NCBI GenBank assembly: GCA_903913865.1 | Contig: CAIWMU010000149.1 | Coordinates: forward strand, 151-64,150 | Source of the DNA: an uncultured Verrucomicrobia subdivision 3 bacterium | Lineage (GTDB): Bacteria > Verrucomicrobiota > Verrucomicrobiia > Limisphaerales > UBA8199 | Reading direction: 5' to 3' | Length of the DNA stretch: 64,000 nucleotides | Part shown: piece by piece, positions 46,182 to 56,462 of the stretch | How positions within the stretch are numbered: the first letter of the stretch is position 1 | Layout of the letters: every line of letters starts with the position of its first letter | Position numbers and translations under genes: made by a program | The notes under the pieces: model-generated | The model's input: only the letters and a program-made list of their open reading frames with translations | What the model was told of the DNA's origin: nothing | Databases searched by the model: none

Positions 46182-46970
46182 ATGAAGATACTTGGGTTGC
46201 AACATGACATCGTGTGGGAGGATCCCACAGCGAATTTTGTCCGGGTGAAGGAACAACTGTCTGCCGCGAGGCCAGAACCGGGCACACTTGTGGTATTGCC
46301 GGAGATGTTCGGCACCGGCTTCACGATGAACGCAGCATTGGCGGAGCAGGAGACAGGGCCGACATCGCAGTTCCTGTCCAACCTCGCCCGGGAACATCAG
46401 GTGGGGATTGTGGCCGGGGTGGCGATGGTGGGGGCGGACGGGCTGCCGCGTAATTGTGCTGTCGCGTTCTCATCAGCGGGGGACCTGGTCTCCTCGTATG
46501 CCAAAATGCGTCCTTTCAATCCCGGCGGTGAGGGGAAATCCTATGCGGCCGGTCGCCAGGTTGTGGCCTTTCGGTCCGGCGAATGGACGATATCTCCATT
46601 CATCTGCTATGACCTGAGGTTCCCGGAGCTGTTTCGAACGGCGGCAGCGCTGCATCGTCCGGATCTGTTTGTGGTGATCGCCAATTTCCCTGCGCGCCGG
46701 ACAGATCAGTGGCGTTTGATGTTGCAGGCGCGGGCGATTGAGAATCAGGCATGGGTGATTGGCGTGAACCGGGTCGGAAGCGATCCCGTCGCCGTTTACG
46801 CCGGGCATTCCCTGATAGCCAATCCATATGGACAGATCGTTGCCGGGGCGGGTGAGACGCAGGAAATACTACGTTGGGAGTTGGACCTGCAGTTGGTGAG
46901 GGATTACCGAAGGAACCTGCCCTTTTTGGACGACGTGGGGACCGGGTGGGGCAGGGCGCTTCAGGACTAG
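46182..46970 (+). CDS. Carbon-nitrogen hydrolase (nitrilase superfamily, omega-amidase/YafV-like)
   Basis: The Glu-Lys-Cys triad contexts are VVLPEMF, YAKMRPF and ICYDLRFPE. Confidence 0.88.
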   Translation: MKILGLQHDIVWEDPTANFVRVKEQLSAARPEPGTLVVLPEMFGTGFTMNAALAEQETGPTSQFLSNLAREHQVGIVAGVAMVGADGLPRNCAVAFSSAGDLVSSYAKMRPFNPGGEGKSYAAGRQVVAFRSGEWTISPFICYDLRFPELFRTAAALHRPDLFVVIANFPARRTDQWRLMLQARAIENQAWVIGVNRVGSDPVAVYAGHSLIANPYGQIVAGAGETQEILRWELDLQLVRDYRRNLPFLDDVGTGWGRALQD

Positions 46971-47005
46971 TTTACATGCGCGGAATTCTTGCTCAAGATG
47001 GGGGC

Positions 47006-49393
47006 ATGAAGATGCGATGCAAGCTATCAGACCGGGCCATGAGACTGTTCACGGCTCTCGTGATTACTCTGCTGGGATCCGTTCCCAGCCAATGCGGGGC
47101 GATCGGCCAGAGCCTGATCTCCTGGTATGACCAGCCGGCAAAGAACTGGAACGAGGCACTGCCTATTGGCAACGGACGCATCGGGGCCATGATCTTTGGG
47201 GATCCCCTCAATGACCGGCTGCAGTTAAACGAAGATTCCCTGTGGTCGGGTGGACCGCAGGATGCGGATAATCCCGAGGCACTGAAGGCACTGCCGGAGA
47301 TTCGCAAGCTCCTGTTTGCCGGGAAGTATTCCGAGGCTCAAAATCTGGCAAACCGCACCCTGATCTGCAAAGGGAAGGGGTCCGGGCACGGGTCAGGCGG
47401 GCGGATCCCTTATGGCAGCTACGAGACATTGGGGGATCTGCGGATTGAGATGGGGTCGAAAGGGGCGGTGACCGCATACCGGCGCGAGTTGGACATCAAC
47501 ACAGCTACCGTCACCATTTCCTATGAACAGGATGGAATCCTCTTCAAGCGCGAGTTGTTCTCGAGCTTTCCTGATCAGGTCCTTGTCGTCCGACTTTCGG
47601 CTTCAAAGCCCGGAGCATTGAGCTTCCGCGCATCCCTATCCCGCCCGGCTGCATTCGCGGTCTCCTCACCGGGCAAGGGGGAGGTCTTGATGAAGGGACA
47701 GCTCTGGGATGGCAGTTCAGATAATGGGGTCAAATACGCCGCCCGGCTGCGCGCCATTAATACCAAAGGCAACGCGGTGGCCCAGGATGGCAGCATTCGG
47801 ATTGAAGGGGCTGACAGCGTGACCCTGCTTCTCTCCGCTGCCACTGATTACACGATGCAACTGCCGGACTGGCGGCACGGGGATCCGGAAGCGAAGAGTG
47901 CCACACAGTTGAAAACAGCCTCATTGAAGTCGTTCGAGCAACTGCGCAAGCGGCACGTGCAGGATTATCAAGCACTCTTCCAGCGTGTAACGTTTTCCCT
48001 TGAGGGTGCCACGGCCCCCAACATTCCAACGGATGAACGACTCAAGGCCCTCGCGAAGGGGAACCACGATCCGTCCATGATCACCCATTATTTCCAATTT
48101 GGCCGTTACCTGATGATCAGCAGCTCCCGCCCGGGGGACATGCCGGCGAACTTGCAGGGGCTGTGGGCTGATACCGTGCAACCACCCTGGAGCGCTGATT
48201 ACCATGCGAACATCAATTTGCAGATGATCTATTGGCCCTCTGAGACGGCCAACCTGCCTGAGTGTTTTGAGCCGTTGGACCGATACATCCACTTCCTTGC
48301 TGGAACAGGAGCCAAAACGGCAAAGACACACTATGGTGCCCGGGGGTGGACGGTTCACACGATAGCCAATGCATGGGGTTTCACATCACCGGGTGAGGTT
48401 CCCTCCTGGGGCCTCTCTCCCTCCGCCGGAGCGTGGCTCTCCCAGCATCTTTGGGAACACTTTGCCTTTTCCCATGACACCAACTTTCTGCGCCGCGCCA
48501 TGCCGGTCCTGCGCGGGTCGGCAGAGTTCAGCCTCGACTGGGTGGTCCCCGATCCCAGGAGCGGGAAGCTGGTTGCGGGACCGGCCACATCTCCTGAGAA
48601 CGTTTTCATCACTCAGGATGGACAGCATGCATCCCTTTGCATGGGACCCGCCATGGAGCAGGAAATTGTGTGGGATGCCTTTAGCAACTATCTGGAGGCG
48701 GCAGGAATTCTCGGGTTGAAGGAACCGTTGATGGCGGATGTTGAGGCTGCCCGGGCAAAGCTGTTGCCTCCCCAAGTCGGGCCGGATGGACGACTCATGG
48801 AGTGGTCCGAGCCGTTCAAGGAATCGGAGCCCGGGCACCGCCATGTGTCGCATCTGTTCGCGCTCCATCCCGGTCGGCAGATCACCCGCACCGGAACCCC
48901 CGAACTGGCTGCAGCCGCCGGAAAATCGCTCGACTACCGTCTTGCCAACGGCGGCGGACACACGGGCTGGAGCCGGGCATGGATCATCAGCTTCATGGCG
49001 CGGCTGGGTCAGGGGGACAAGGCGGGGACGAATGTGCAGGCGCTGCTTGCGAAATCCACACTGCCGAACCTGTTCGACACGCATCCGCCGTTCCAGATCG
49101 ATGGAAACTTTGGGGCAGTGGCCGGAATTTGTGAAATGCTGGTTCAAAGCCACTCGGGCGAAATTCAACTTCTGCCAGCACTGCCGGCGGCTTGGGGTAA
49201 TGGTTCGATACGCGGGCTTCGCGCGCGGGGCGGGTGTGTGGTTGATCTGGTTTGGCAGGATGGCAGACTGAAACAGGCCATTCTGCATCCCACCTTCAGC
49301 GGCAGGATCAAAGTGCGTTGCCAGGACGTTGTGCGAGAGATTACGACGATCGGAGGCAGGGAAATCCGGTTGGACGCATCCCTCAACCAGTGA
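47006..49393 (+). CDS. Glycoside hydrolase family 95 (alpha-L-fucosidase-type), secreted
   Basis: Trimmed to the ATG at 47006 (MKMRCKLSDRAMRLFTALVITLLGSV). WYDQPAKNWNEALPIGNGRIGAMIFG...LQLNEDSLWSGGP is the characteristic GH95 N-terminal signature. The size is about 795 aa. Confidence 0.9.
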   Translation: MKMRCKLSDRAMRLFTALVITLLGSVPSQCGAIGQSLISWYDQPAKNWNEALPIGNGRIGAMIFGDPLNDRLQLNEDSLWSGGPQDADNPEALKALPEIRKLLFAGKYSEAQNLANRTLICKGKGSGHGSGGRIPYGSYETLGDLRIEMGSKGAVTAYRRELDINTATVTISYEQDGILFKRELFSSFPDQVLVVRLSASKPGALSFRASLSRPAAFAVSSPGKGEVLMKGQLWDGSSDNGVKYAARLRAINTKGNAVAQDGSIRIEGADSVTLLLSAATDYTMQLPDWRHGDPEAKSATQLKTASLKSFEQLRKRHVQDYQALFQRVTFSLEGATAPNIPTDERLKALAKGNHDPSMITHYFQFGRYLMISSSRPGDMPANLQGLWADTVQPPWSADYHANINLQMIYWPSETANLPECFEPLDRYIHFLAGTGAKTAKTHYGARGWTVHTIANAWGFTSPGEVPSWGLSPSAGAWLSQHLWEHFAFSHDTNFLRRAMPVLRGSAEFSLDWVVPDPRSGKLVAGPATSPENVFITQDGQHASLCMGPAMEQEIVWDAFSNYLEAAGILGLKEPLMADVEAARAKLLPPQVGPDGRLMEWSEPFKESEPGHRHVSHLFALHPGRQITRTGTPELAAAAGKSLDYRLANGGGHTGWSRAWIISFMARLGQGDKAGTNVQALLAKSTLPNLFDTHPPFQIDGNFGAVAGICEMLVQSHSGEIQLLPALPAAWGNGSIRGLRARGGCVVDLVWQDGRLKQAILHPTFSGRIKVRCQDVVREITTIGGREIRLDASLNQ

Positions 49394-49399
49394 CCGGTC

Positions 49400-50464
49400 A
49401 TGAAACTTGGATTTGGCCTCTACAGGCATCAACTCAACGATGACCACTTCCGATTTGCCCGCCAATGCGGCGCAACTCATCTGGTGGTCCACTGGGTCGA
49501 TTATTTCAGATCCTCCCGCAGCAACAATCCAAACGACCAGCCGGTTGGTGACGATTCCGGCTGGGGCCTTGCAGGCGATCCTGACCAACTGTGGGACCGG
49601 CAGAATTTCGAGGAACTCCGGGACCGGGCTGCCGCGCATGATCTCGAGATCGCGGCGATTGAGAACTTCGATCCTGCACACTGGCACGATGTGCTGCTGG
49701 ATGGGCCGAAAAAAGGGCAGCAGCTCGAGAACCTAAAGAGCATTATCCGGGCGGTTGGTGCAGCGGGAATACCCGTTATGGGATACAACTTTTCCATTGC
49801 TGGGGTTGCGGGCCGTGTAAAGGGGGCATGGGGCAGGGGAGGCGCTGAGGTTGTTGGGGTGAGCGGTCCATGTGACACCCCGATCCCGAATGGCATGGTT
49901 TGGAACATGGTTTACGACCGGACTGCCCCATCCGGATATCTTGCTCCGATCAGTCACGAAGAATTGTGGCGTCGCCACGGGGAATTTTTGGATGCCATCA
50001 TTCCAGTTGCCGAGGAGGCGGGAGTCACACTGGCAGCGCATCCGGACGATCCGCCCATGCCGACAGTGAGGGGGCAGCCCCGGCTTGTCTATCAACCCGG
50101 AATGTATCAGCGGTTGATCGACCGCCATTCCAGTCCGCGCAACGCCCTCGAGTTCTGCATCGGAACGCTTGCGGAGATGACCGATGGGGGCGTTTACGAG
50201 GCTGTGGATACCTACAGCCGTCAGAAGCGCCTGGCCTACGTTCATTTGCGCAACGTCCGTGGCAAGGTCCCTCATTATCAGGAAACTTTCGTGGATGAGG
50301 GGGACATTGACATGCTGCGCGTTCTCCAAATTCTCCAGAAGAATGGCTTCGATGGTGTCGTCATTCCTGATCATGCCCCCCAGATGACCTGCGCGGCTCC
50401 GTGGCACGCGGGGATGGCTTATGCGTGCGGGTGGCTCAAGGCGGCCATACAATCGATCGGGTAG
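49400..50464 (+). CDS. uxuA: Mannonate dehydratase family protein
   Basis: [24 protein letters not shown] and VHLRNV...PDH strongly resemble E. coli UxuA ([24 protein letters not shown]). It starts 6 nt after the GH95 stop. Confidence 0.85.
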   Translation: [354 protein letters not shown]

Positions 50465-50545
50465 GATCGGTCGCGCCGACTGGGTTGCCCGCCTGTGGTT
50501 GCTTTGTGCACAGGGGTGATGTTTACAAATTTCTGTCTGGTGCGA

Positions 50546-50574
50546 TTGACAGAAGGAAACAGGATCACTACTCT
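50546..50574 (+). promoter_or_regulatory. Candidate sigma70-type promoter of the ars operon
   Basis: TTGACA (50546-50551), a 17-nt spacer, then TACTCT (50569-50574), about 20 nt upstream of the arsR ATG. This is a sequence match only. Confidence 0.3.
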
Positions 50575-50593
50575 CATATCGTTATTTGGCGAA

Positions 50594-50974
50594 ATGAAGA
50601 AACAGACAATGCATGAGTTCATGAACATTACCAAGGCGCTGGCCGACGCGACCCGCGTCCGCACCCTGCTGTCCTTGCGTGATGGGGAGTTGTGCGTCTG
50701 CCAGATCACCGAGTTGTTTGGGCTCGCTCCATCCACCGTCTCAAAGCATCTCTCCATCCTGTTCCAGGCCGGACTTGTCGAGTCACGCAAGGAGGGACGC
50801 TGGATCTATTACCAACTGCCCGGGAAAACCGCTCCCCCGGTTATTCGTGAGGCGCTTGACTGGGTTATAAGGGTGAACGCCACCGCCCCCGATGCTATTG
50901 AGGACTCGGAGCGGCTGAGCCTGATTCTCAAGGAAAATCCTGCTGATTTATGCAAACGCCAGTGTCAAAAGTGA
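50594..50974 (+). CDS. arsR: ArsR/SmtB-family metalloregulator
   Basis: Trimmed to the ATG at 50594. The wHTH carries the ELCVCQI metal-binding CVC motif, plus STVSKHLSIL. Confidence 0.9.
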   Translation: MKKQTMHEFMNITKALADATRVRTLLSLRDGELCVCQITELFGLAPSTVSKHLSILFQAGLVESRKEGRWIYYQLPGKTAPPVIREALDWVIRVNATAPDAIEDSERLSLILKENPADLCKRQCQK

Positions 50975-51408
50975 AACCGACAGTTCTCATCTTGTGCACC
51001 GGCAATTCATGCCGCAGCCACCTCGCCGAGGGGATCTTGCGCGCTGTGGCGGGCGATCTTCTCAATGTAGAGAGCGCGGGGTCAAATCCCGCAGGATACG
51101 TCCATCCTCTTGCCATCAGGGTCATGGGGGAGATAGGCATTGATATCTCAGCCCACCACTCCAAGCACATGAACGAGTTTTTGGTGCGACCCGTGGAGAC
51201 AGTCATCACCGTCTGTGGAAACGCGGATCAGGCTTGCCCCATTTTCCCCGGTCAGGCCAGCCGCCACCACTGGGGATTTGATGATCCGGCGCATGCAACC
51301 GGCACTGAGGAGGACCGTTTGGTGGTCTTTCGCAGAGTGCGCGATGAGATCAGAAGGGTTTTTGGGGCTTACGCCGATGGACGACGCGACCAGTGCAAGG
51401 CAGCGTGA
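50950..51408 (+). CDS. arsC: Arsenate reductase, thioredoxin-coupled LMW-PTP type
   Basis: The CX5R P-loop is LCTGNSCRSHLAEG, with downstream Cys residues. The ATG at 50950 overlaps arsR by 25 nt. An in-frame GTG at 50971 would give the classic GTGA 4-nt overlap with the arsR stop. Confidence 0.9.
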   Translation: MQTPVSKVKPTVLILCTGNSCRSHLAEGILRAVAGDLLNVESAGSNPAGYVHPLAIRVMGEIGIDISAHHSKHMNEFLVRPVETVITVCGNADQACPIFPGQASRHHWGFDDPAHATGTEEDRLVVFRRVRDEIRRVFGAYADGRRDQCKAA

Positions 51409-51493
51409 CCGGCTACCATTCATCCAGCATGCCACGCTTTGAGATCTTGAACCCGACCCTCCGGAGATCGCCCTCCGGGGTTTTGAACATTGT

Positions 51494-51859
51494 ATGAACA
51501 TCAACACCCTGCAGATTTTTGATCCCGCGATGTGCTGCTCCACAGGCGCCTGCGGACCACAAGTCGATACGAGGCTTGTCCAGTTTGCCGCCGATCTGGA
51601 TTGGCTCAGATCGCAGGGGGTGATCGTCAAACGACATAACCTTTCGCAAAGTCCGGCGGCTTTTGTTGAGAACGGGCTTGTGACCACCCTGCTGGTGGAG
51701 AAGGGGGAAGCAGCGTTGCCGGTGATCCTGGCCAACGGCAAGGTCGAGTCCACCGGGGTTTACCCAAACCGTTGCAATCTGGCGGCGTGGTTCAAGCTGG
51801 ATTCAGCGGCGGATCCTGTGCCATCCAAGGGTGCCTGTTGCGGTGGTCGGTCCTGTTAA
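51494..51859 (+). CDS. arsD: Arsenic metallochaperone / trans-acting repressor ArsD
   Basis: MNINTLQIFDPAMCCSTGACGP carries the conserved Cys12-Cys13-Cys18 arrangement. Confidence 0.92.
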   Translation: MNINTLQIFDPAMCCSTGACGPQVDTRLVQFAADLDWLRSQGVIVKRHNLSQSPAAFVENGLVTTLLVEKGEAALPVILANGKVESTGVYPNRCNLAAWFKLDSAADPVPSKGACCGGRSC

Positions 51860-51862
51860 GGG

Positions 51863-53662
51863 GTGATGAACATCGACGACAAACATCCACTCGCCCGGCT
51901 TTTGGAGTCTCCCACTCGCTTTCTGTTTTTCACTGGCAAGGGGGGTGTTGGGAAGACATCCCTTGCCTGCGCCTCAGCCATAGGTCTGGCCGATTCGGGG
52001 CACCGGGTTCTGTTGGTTAGCACGGATCCGGCATCGAACCTCGACGAGGTGCTGGGTGTTGAACTCACCACGATCCCCACTGGCATCAGGGATGTTCCAG
52101 GGCTCGATGCGTTGAATGTCGACCCGGCTGTCGCAGCTGCCGCATATCGCGAGAAACTGGTTGGTCCGTATCGAGGGAAGCTGCCAGAAGCGATCCTGCG
52201 AAGTATGGAGGAGCAGCTTTCCGGAGCTTGCACCATGGAAATTGCAGCCTTCGACGAGTTCTCAAAATTGCTCGGCGATCCTCTAGAGACCAAAGATTAC
52301 GACCACGTCATTTTCGACACCGCCCCGACTGGCCACACTTTGCGCCTGCTTTCACTGCCCGGCGCATGGTCTGGCTTTCTTGCCAGCAGCACGACAGGCA
52401 GTTCCTGTCTTGGACCGCTTGCGGGGTTGGAACGGCAGCGGGGCATCTACGAACGGGCCCTCGCCTCGCTGAGTGATGGCTCCAAAACGACACTCGTGCT
52501 TGTAAGCCGCGCACAGAAGGCCGCACTCCTGGAAGCAGAGCGCACCAGCAACGAGCTTTCTGCCATTGGAGTCCGCAACCAACGGCTTATCCTCAATGGG
52601 ATTTTCGAAGCTGCCGGATCGGATCCGGTCGCGCTTGCGCTGGAACGTCGGGGAGCTGAGGCTCTGTCAGGCGCCCGGGAATTTCTAGAGAGGATGCCTT
52701 TGTGCCAGGTGCCGTTACGTTTCCGGAATCTTGTCGGCATACCTGCCTTGCGTTCGTTGCTTCAGTCTGGTTTGGAAGAATCAGGGGCAGACCTGGTTGC
52801 CGAGTGTGTTGGCGATGTGCCTGACACGGGGACGCTCACGAAGCTTGTGGATGAGATTGCCGCTTGCGGTCATGGAGTGGTAATGACGATGGGAAAGGGG
52901 GGCGTTGGGAAAACAACCCTTGCTGCGGCGATCGCGACCGAGATCGCCCGGCGGGGATTCAAGGTGCACCTCAGCACCACGGATCCGGCAGCCCATATCT
53001 CCGCTGCCGCCGGGTGCGTGACCGGGATGGAGGTCAGCCGCATTGATCCCCAATCCGAGACTCGTGCCTATGTCGAACAGGTGCTTTTGAGCACCGCCGA
53101 CGATCTCGATGCCAGTGCCCGTGCGTTGCTTGAGGAGGATTTGCGCTCCCCATGCACGGAGGAGATCGCAGTTTTCCGGGCATTTGCTCGCACAGTGGCC
53201 GGGGGCAAAGATTCCTTCGTGGTTCTGGATACCGCACCCACGGGGCACACATTGCTGCTGCTGGATGCCACGGAGTCCTACCACCGTGAGATTGCACGCA
53301 AGGCAAGCAACATGCCGGATGAGGTTCGTGAGCTCCTACCCCGGTTGCGTGATCCCAGGTTCACACGGGTGATCGTGGTTACGCTGCCGGAGCCGACCCC
53401 TGTTCACGAGGCTGCTGCGCTTCAGGCGGATTTGCGCCGGGCCGGAATTGAGCCGTTCGCATGGGTCATCAATCAGAGTCTGGCGGGCAGCGGTTCACTT
53501 GATCCTCTGCTGCTGAAGCGCGGGCAGGGCGAGGCGAAGTTCATCCGCGAAGTGGTCGAGGCACACTCAACACGCACGGTCCTCGTGCCATGGGTCACCG
53601 AGGAACCCACAGGTGCGGATCGGCTCCAGCAACTCTTTCAGCCCCCCGGCGATGATTTATAG
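51863..53662 (+). CDS. arsA: Arsenite-stimulated ATPase ArsA (duplicated halves)
   Basis: It has two deviant Walker A motifs (GKGGVGKTS and GKGGVGKTT) and two DTAPTGHT signal-transduction motifs. Confidence 0.95.
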   Translation: MMNIDDKHPLARLLESPTRFLFFTGKGGVGKTSLACASAIGLADSGHRVLLVSTDPASNLDEVLGVELTTIPTGIRDVPGLDALNVDPAVAAAAYREKLVGPYRGKLPEAILRSMEEQLSGACTMEIAAFDEFSKLLGDPLETKDYDHVIFDTAPTGHTLRLLSLPGAWSGFLASSTTGSSCLGPLAGLERQRGIYERALASLSDGSKTTLVLVSRAQKAALLEAERTSNELSAIGVRNQRLILNGIFEAAGSDPVALALERRGAEALSGAREFLERMPLCQVPLRFRNLVGIPALRSLLQSGLEESGADLVAECVGDVPDTGTLTKLVDEIAACGHGVVMTMGKGGVGKTTLAAAIATEIARRGFKVHLSTTDPAAHISAAAGCVTGMEVSRIDPQSETRAYVEQVLLSTADDLDASARALLEEDLRSPCTEEIAVFRAFARTVAGGKDSFVVLDTAPTGHTLLLLDATESYHREIARKASNMPDEVRELLPRLRDPRFTRVIVVTLPEPTPVHEAAALQADLRRAGIEPFAWVINQSLAGSGSLDPLLLKRGQGEAKFIREVVEAHSTRTVLVPWVTEEPTGADRLQQLFQPPGDDL

Positions 53663-53716
53663 GCAAGGCAGCATTCATATCCTTTCAGTGCGCGCACCCG
53701 TTCTGGAGCAAACAAA

Positions 53717-54793
53717 ATGATAACCCCGACTCGTTCATCCTCGAATCCTCCACAGCCGGTGGCGGTTGCTGGAAGCATGTCTTTTCTGGACCGCTATTTG
53801 ACGCTCTGGATTTTTGCCGCGATGGGGTTGGGTCTGCTGTTGGGGCATTTTGTGATCACTGATCCCTCACGGTTCTTTGCGCCGATGACGGTTGGCACAA
53901 CGAACATCCCGATTGCGATCGGCCTGATCCTGATGATGTATCCCCCTCTGGCCAGGGTCAAATATTCGCAACTCCCCAGGGTCTTTGCTGACGTCCGCAT
54001 TCTGACGCTCTCTCTTGTTCAAAACTGGATCGTTGGTCCGGTTTTGATGTTCCTGCTCGCGGTGCTGCTGCTTCGGGACAAACCGGATTACATGGTGGGC
54101 CTGATTCTTGTGGGGATTGCCCGCTGTATCGCAATGGTGCTCGTGTGGAACCAACTTGCAAAGGGAAGCAACGAATACGCTGCCGGACTTGTTGCGCTGA
54201 ACAGCCTGGCACAGATTCTGTTTTACAGCTTTTACGCGTGGCTATTCATCACCGTGCTTCCCCCATTTTTCGGTCTGCAGGGGGTGGTCGTTCCAGTTCA
54301 CATGGTCGACATTTTCTGGAGCGTGATGATCTATCTCGGAATCCCCTTCGGGGCTGGAGTGTTGAGCCGTGTTGTCCTTGTCCCGCTCCGGGGGGAGGAA
54401 TGGTATGAGAAGGTTTTCATCCCGCGCGTATCGCCGATCACACTCACCGCCCTCCTGTTTACTATCGTGGTGATGTTCACATTTAAAGGGGATGCCATCG
54501 TCCAACTTCCGCTCGATGTCCTGAGGATCGCCATCCCGCTGCTTCTCTATTTCGGAATCATGTTTCTGGTGAGTTTCGTTATGGCAAAGCGGCTGGGGGC
54601 GGATTATCCCCGCTCCGCAACATTGGCTTTCACTTCGGCCGGGAACAACTTCGAACTGGCCATTGCTGTGGCGATCGCGGTCTTCGGAATCAAGTCGGGC
54701 GTTGCCTTCGCCGCAGTCGTTGGACCTTTGATCGAGGTTCCAGCCCTGATCGGCCTCGTTCATGTCTCCTTCTGGTTTCGTCGGCGATTCTGA
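53717..54793 (+). CDS. acr3: ACR3-family arsenite efflux permease
   Basis: A 10-TM protein whose strings ([39 protein letters not shown]) are typical of ACR3. Confidence 0.92.
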   Translation: MITPTRSSSNPPQPVAVAGSMSFLDRYLTLWIFAAMGLGLLLGHFVITDPSRFFAPMTVGTTNIPIAIGLILMMYPPLARVKYSQLPRVFADVRILTLSLVQNWIVGPVLMFLLAVLLLRDKPDYMVGLILVGIARCIAMVLVWNQLAKGSNEYAAGLVALNSLAQILFYSFYAWLFITVLPPFFGLQGVVVPVHMVDIFWSVMIYLGIPFGAGVLSRVVLVPLRGEEWYEKVFIPRVSPITLTALLFTIVVMFTFKGDAIVQLPLDVLRIAIPLLLYFGIMFLVSFVMAKRLGADYPRSATLAFTSAGNNFELAIAVAIAVFGIKSGVAFAAVVGPLIEVPALIGLVHVSFWFRRRF

Positions 54794-54893
54794 GGGGCTA
54801 TTGACGCTGCCACAGTTGCGGGCCCTGCCAAGCCAATATCCCTTTCTCATCAGGCCGGATCCGGACGACTGGGAATCCGGGAAGGAACTATGC

Positions 54894-55940
54894 CTACTCC
54901 CGGGTTTCCTGCGCAGAACACCGTAGAAAACGTCGTATGTAGAGGACATAGCCGAGCACGGGAAGGCCCGAGAGCAGCGTTAACCATAGCATTCGCTGTC
55001 CATTCAGAAAGCCGAACTGCTTGATTTGTTCGATCTGCGCCTCCGGGTAGCCCATGATGCGGTAGATTTCCATCATGTCGATCCGGGCATAGGTTACGGT
55101 GGCCGAGATCAGCCCAAGGCCCATCGTGATGAGGATCACCCACCATCCCCGGTGCTCAAGCCTGTAGAGTGATCGCGCCGCATAGGCCCAGATGCCGGCC
55201 ATCACGATGCACATGGCCGTTCCTGCCACCCCGGAGACCATCACGCCGAAAAAGGGCATCATTCCATGGGTTGCGATGGGCAGGATCAGGAACATCGGCA
55301 CACCCAGTGCCAGCCAGATGGCCAAGGCTAGGACGGGCAGGGGGCATAAGTCAGTCCAGCGTGTTATTGGATCCCGGGTCTGGCACGTGGACTTCACATT
55401 GGGACTACCATAGAAGAAGGCCCAAATGCCGGGGATAACGACGAAGAAGATCCCGACAACCAGTGTCGAGACCACGGTGGCGATAAGCACCGTCCCCTGG
55501 GGAATCGCCGGTTGGGCTGATGTTCCCGCCTTTGCGAGGCCGCCGAGCATTTTTGGCAGCACGACTATCATGGTCCCGGAAACAACGACCCCCATGGCGA
55601 GCCAGGTCCAGGAGAAAATCAGCAATAGGGCGCGTGCCCACCGCCGCGCCATGATGGAACCTATCCCGAGCCAGATGAGCACAACAGCCAGGATGCCATA
55701 AACGCCAATGGCAGGCAGCATCCCCAGGGTGGTGGAGGGAGATCCTGCGGGTCTGGGGACTGCCGCTGCTCCAATCACAAGCAGGAGGACAAGCATCCCT
55801 GCCAGACATCCCAGCAGAATCGTTAGGATGCCAAACCCGATGAGCCCCTTGGATCGATCCTTGTAGGGCGGCGGTGGGGTGTTCGAATCTGGAGTCATGA
55901 GATCCGGCGATTGTTGTTCCTTAGGCATAAAATTCATCAT
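54894..55940 (-). CDS. Polytopic membrane protein of unknown function
   Basis: There are about 9 hydrophobic helices. The ORF-track start at 55967 is a TTG. The ATGs at 55940, 55937 and 55928 are more plausible. I recognise no family motif. Confidence 0.6.
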   Translation of the reverse strand: MMNFMPKEQQSPDLMTPDSNTPPPPYKDRSKGLIGFGILTILLGCLAGMLVLLLVIGAAAVPRPAGSPSTTLGMLPAIGVYGILAVVLIWLGIGSIMARRWARALLLIFSWTWLAMGVVVSGTMIVVLPKMLGGLAKAGTSAQPAIPQGTVLIATVVSTLVVGIFFVVIPGIWAFFYGSPNVKSTCQTRDPITRWTDLCPLPVLALAIWLALGVPMFLILPIATHGMMPFFGVMVSGVAGTAMCIVMAGIWAYAARSLYRLEHRGWWVILITMGLGLISATVTYARIDMMEIYRIMGYPEAQIEQIKQFGFLNGQRMLWLTLLSGLPVLGYVLYIRRFLRCSAQETRE

Positions 55941-56462
55941 CCCTAATGTTGCTGTGAAAGTCCACAAACAAGATTGAACTTAACCCCCTGTGATGCTGTG
56001 GACACAAGTCATTGACAACCAGTGTAATACGGCAGACACGCCATCAGGTCGGGATGCTGGATCCCAAAAGAGCAAGCTGATCGGGGACCGATTTCGAACG
56101 GTGGATGTTCGGGGAGGTGAAAAGCGGCAGCCTCCGGAGCAACCGCAGCAGGTAGGAATTGATCCCGATGGGTGGCTGGTTTGATTTGCCCCCCATCCCG
56201 CACAATTAAGAAGGAAGTCGATCTACTTTGGAAAATCATAATCTGGCGAAACACATCCCCGAAGTGTATGCTAAAGAAGTTGCCAGAGAGGTCATTGATG
56301 CGCCTCCTGTTTCGGGGATATGAGTTTTGTGAGAAAGAAACATCACAGAGTTGACTTGAGGCTGCCTTTTTGGGATGGTCAGACTGACTTATGCGCGGTC
56401 ATATTAGGCCGCTTCAGATAATAGACTTTAACAGAAAACCTTGAGCAATTTGAAAGGCCATT

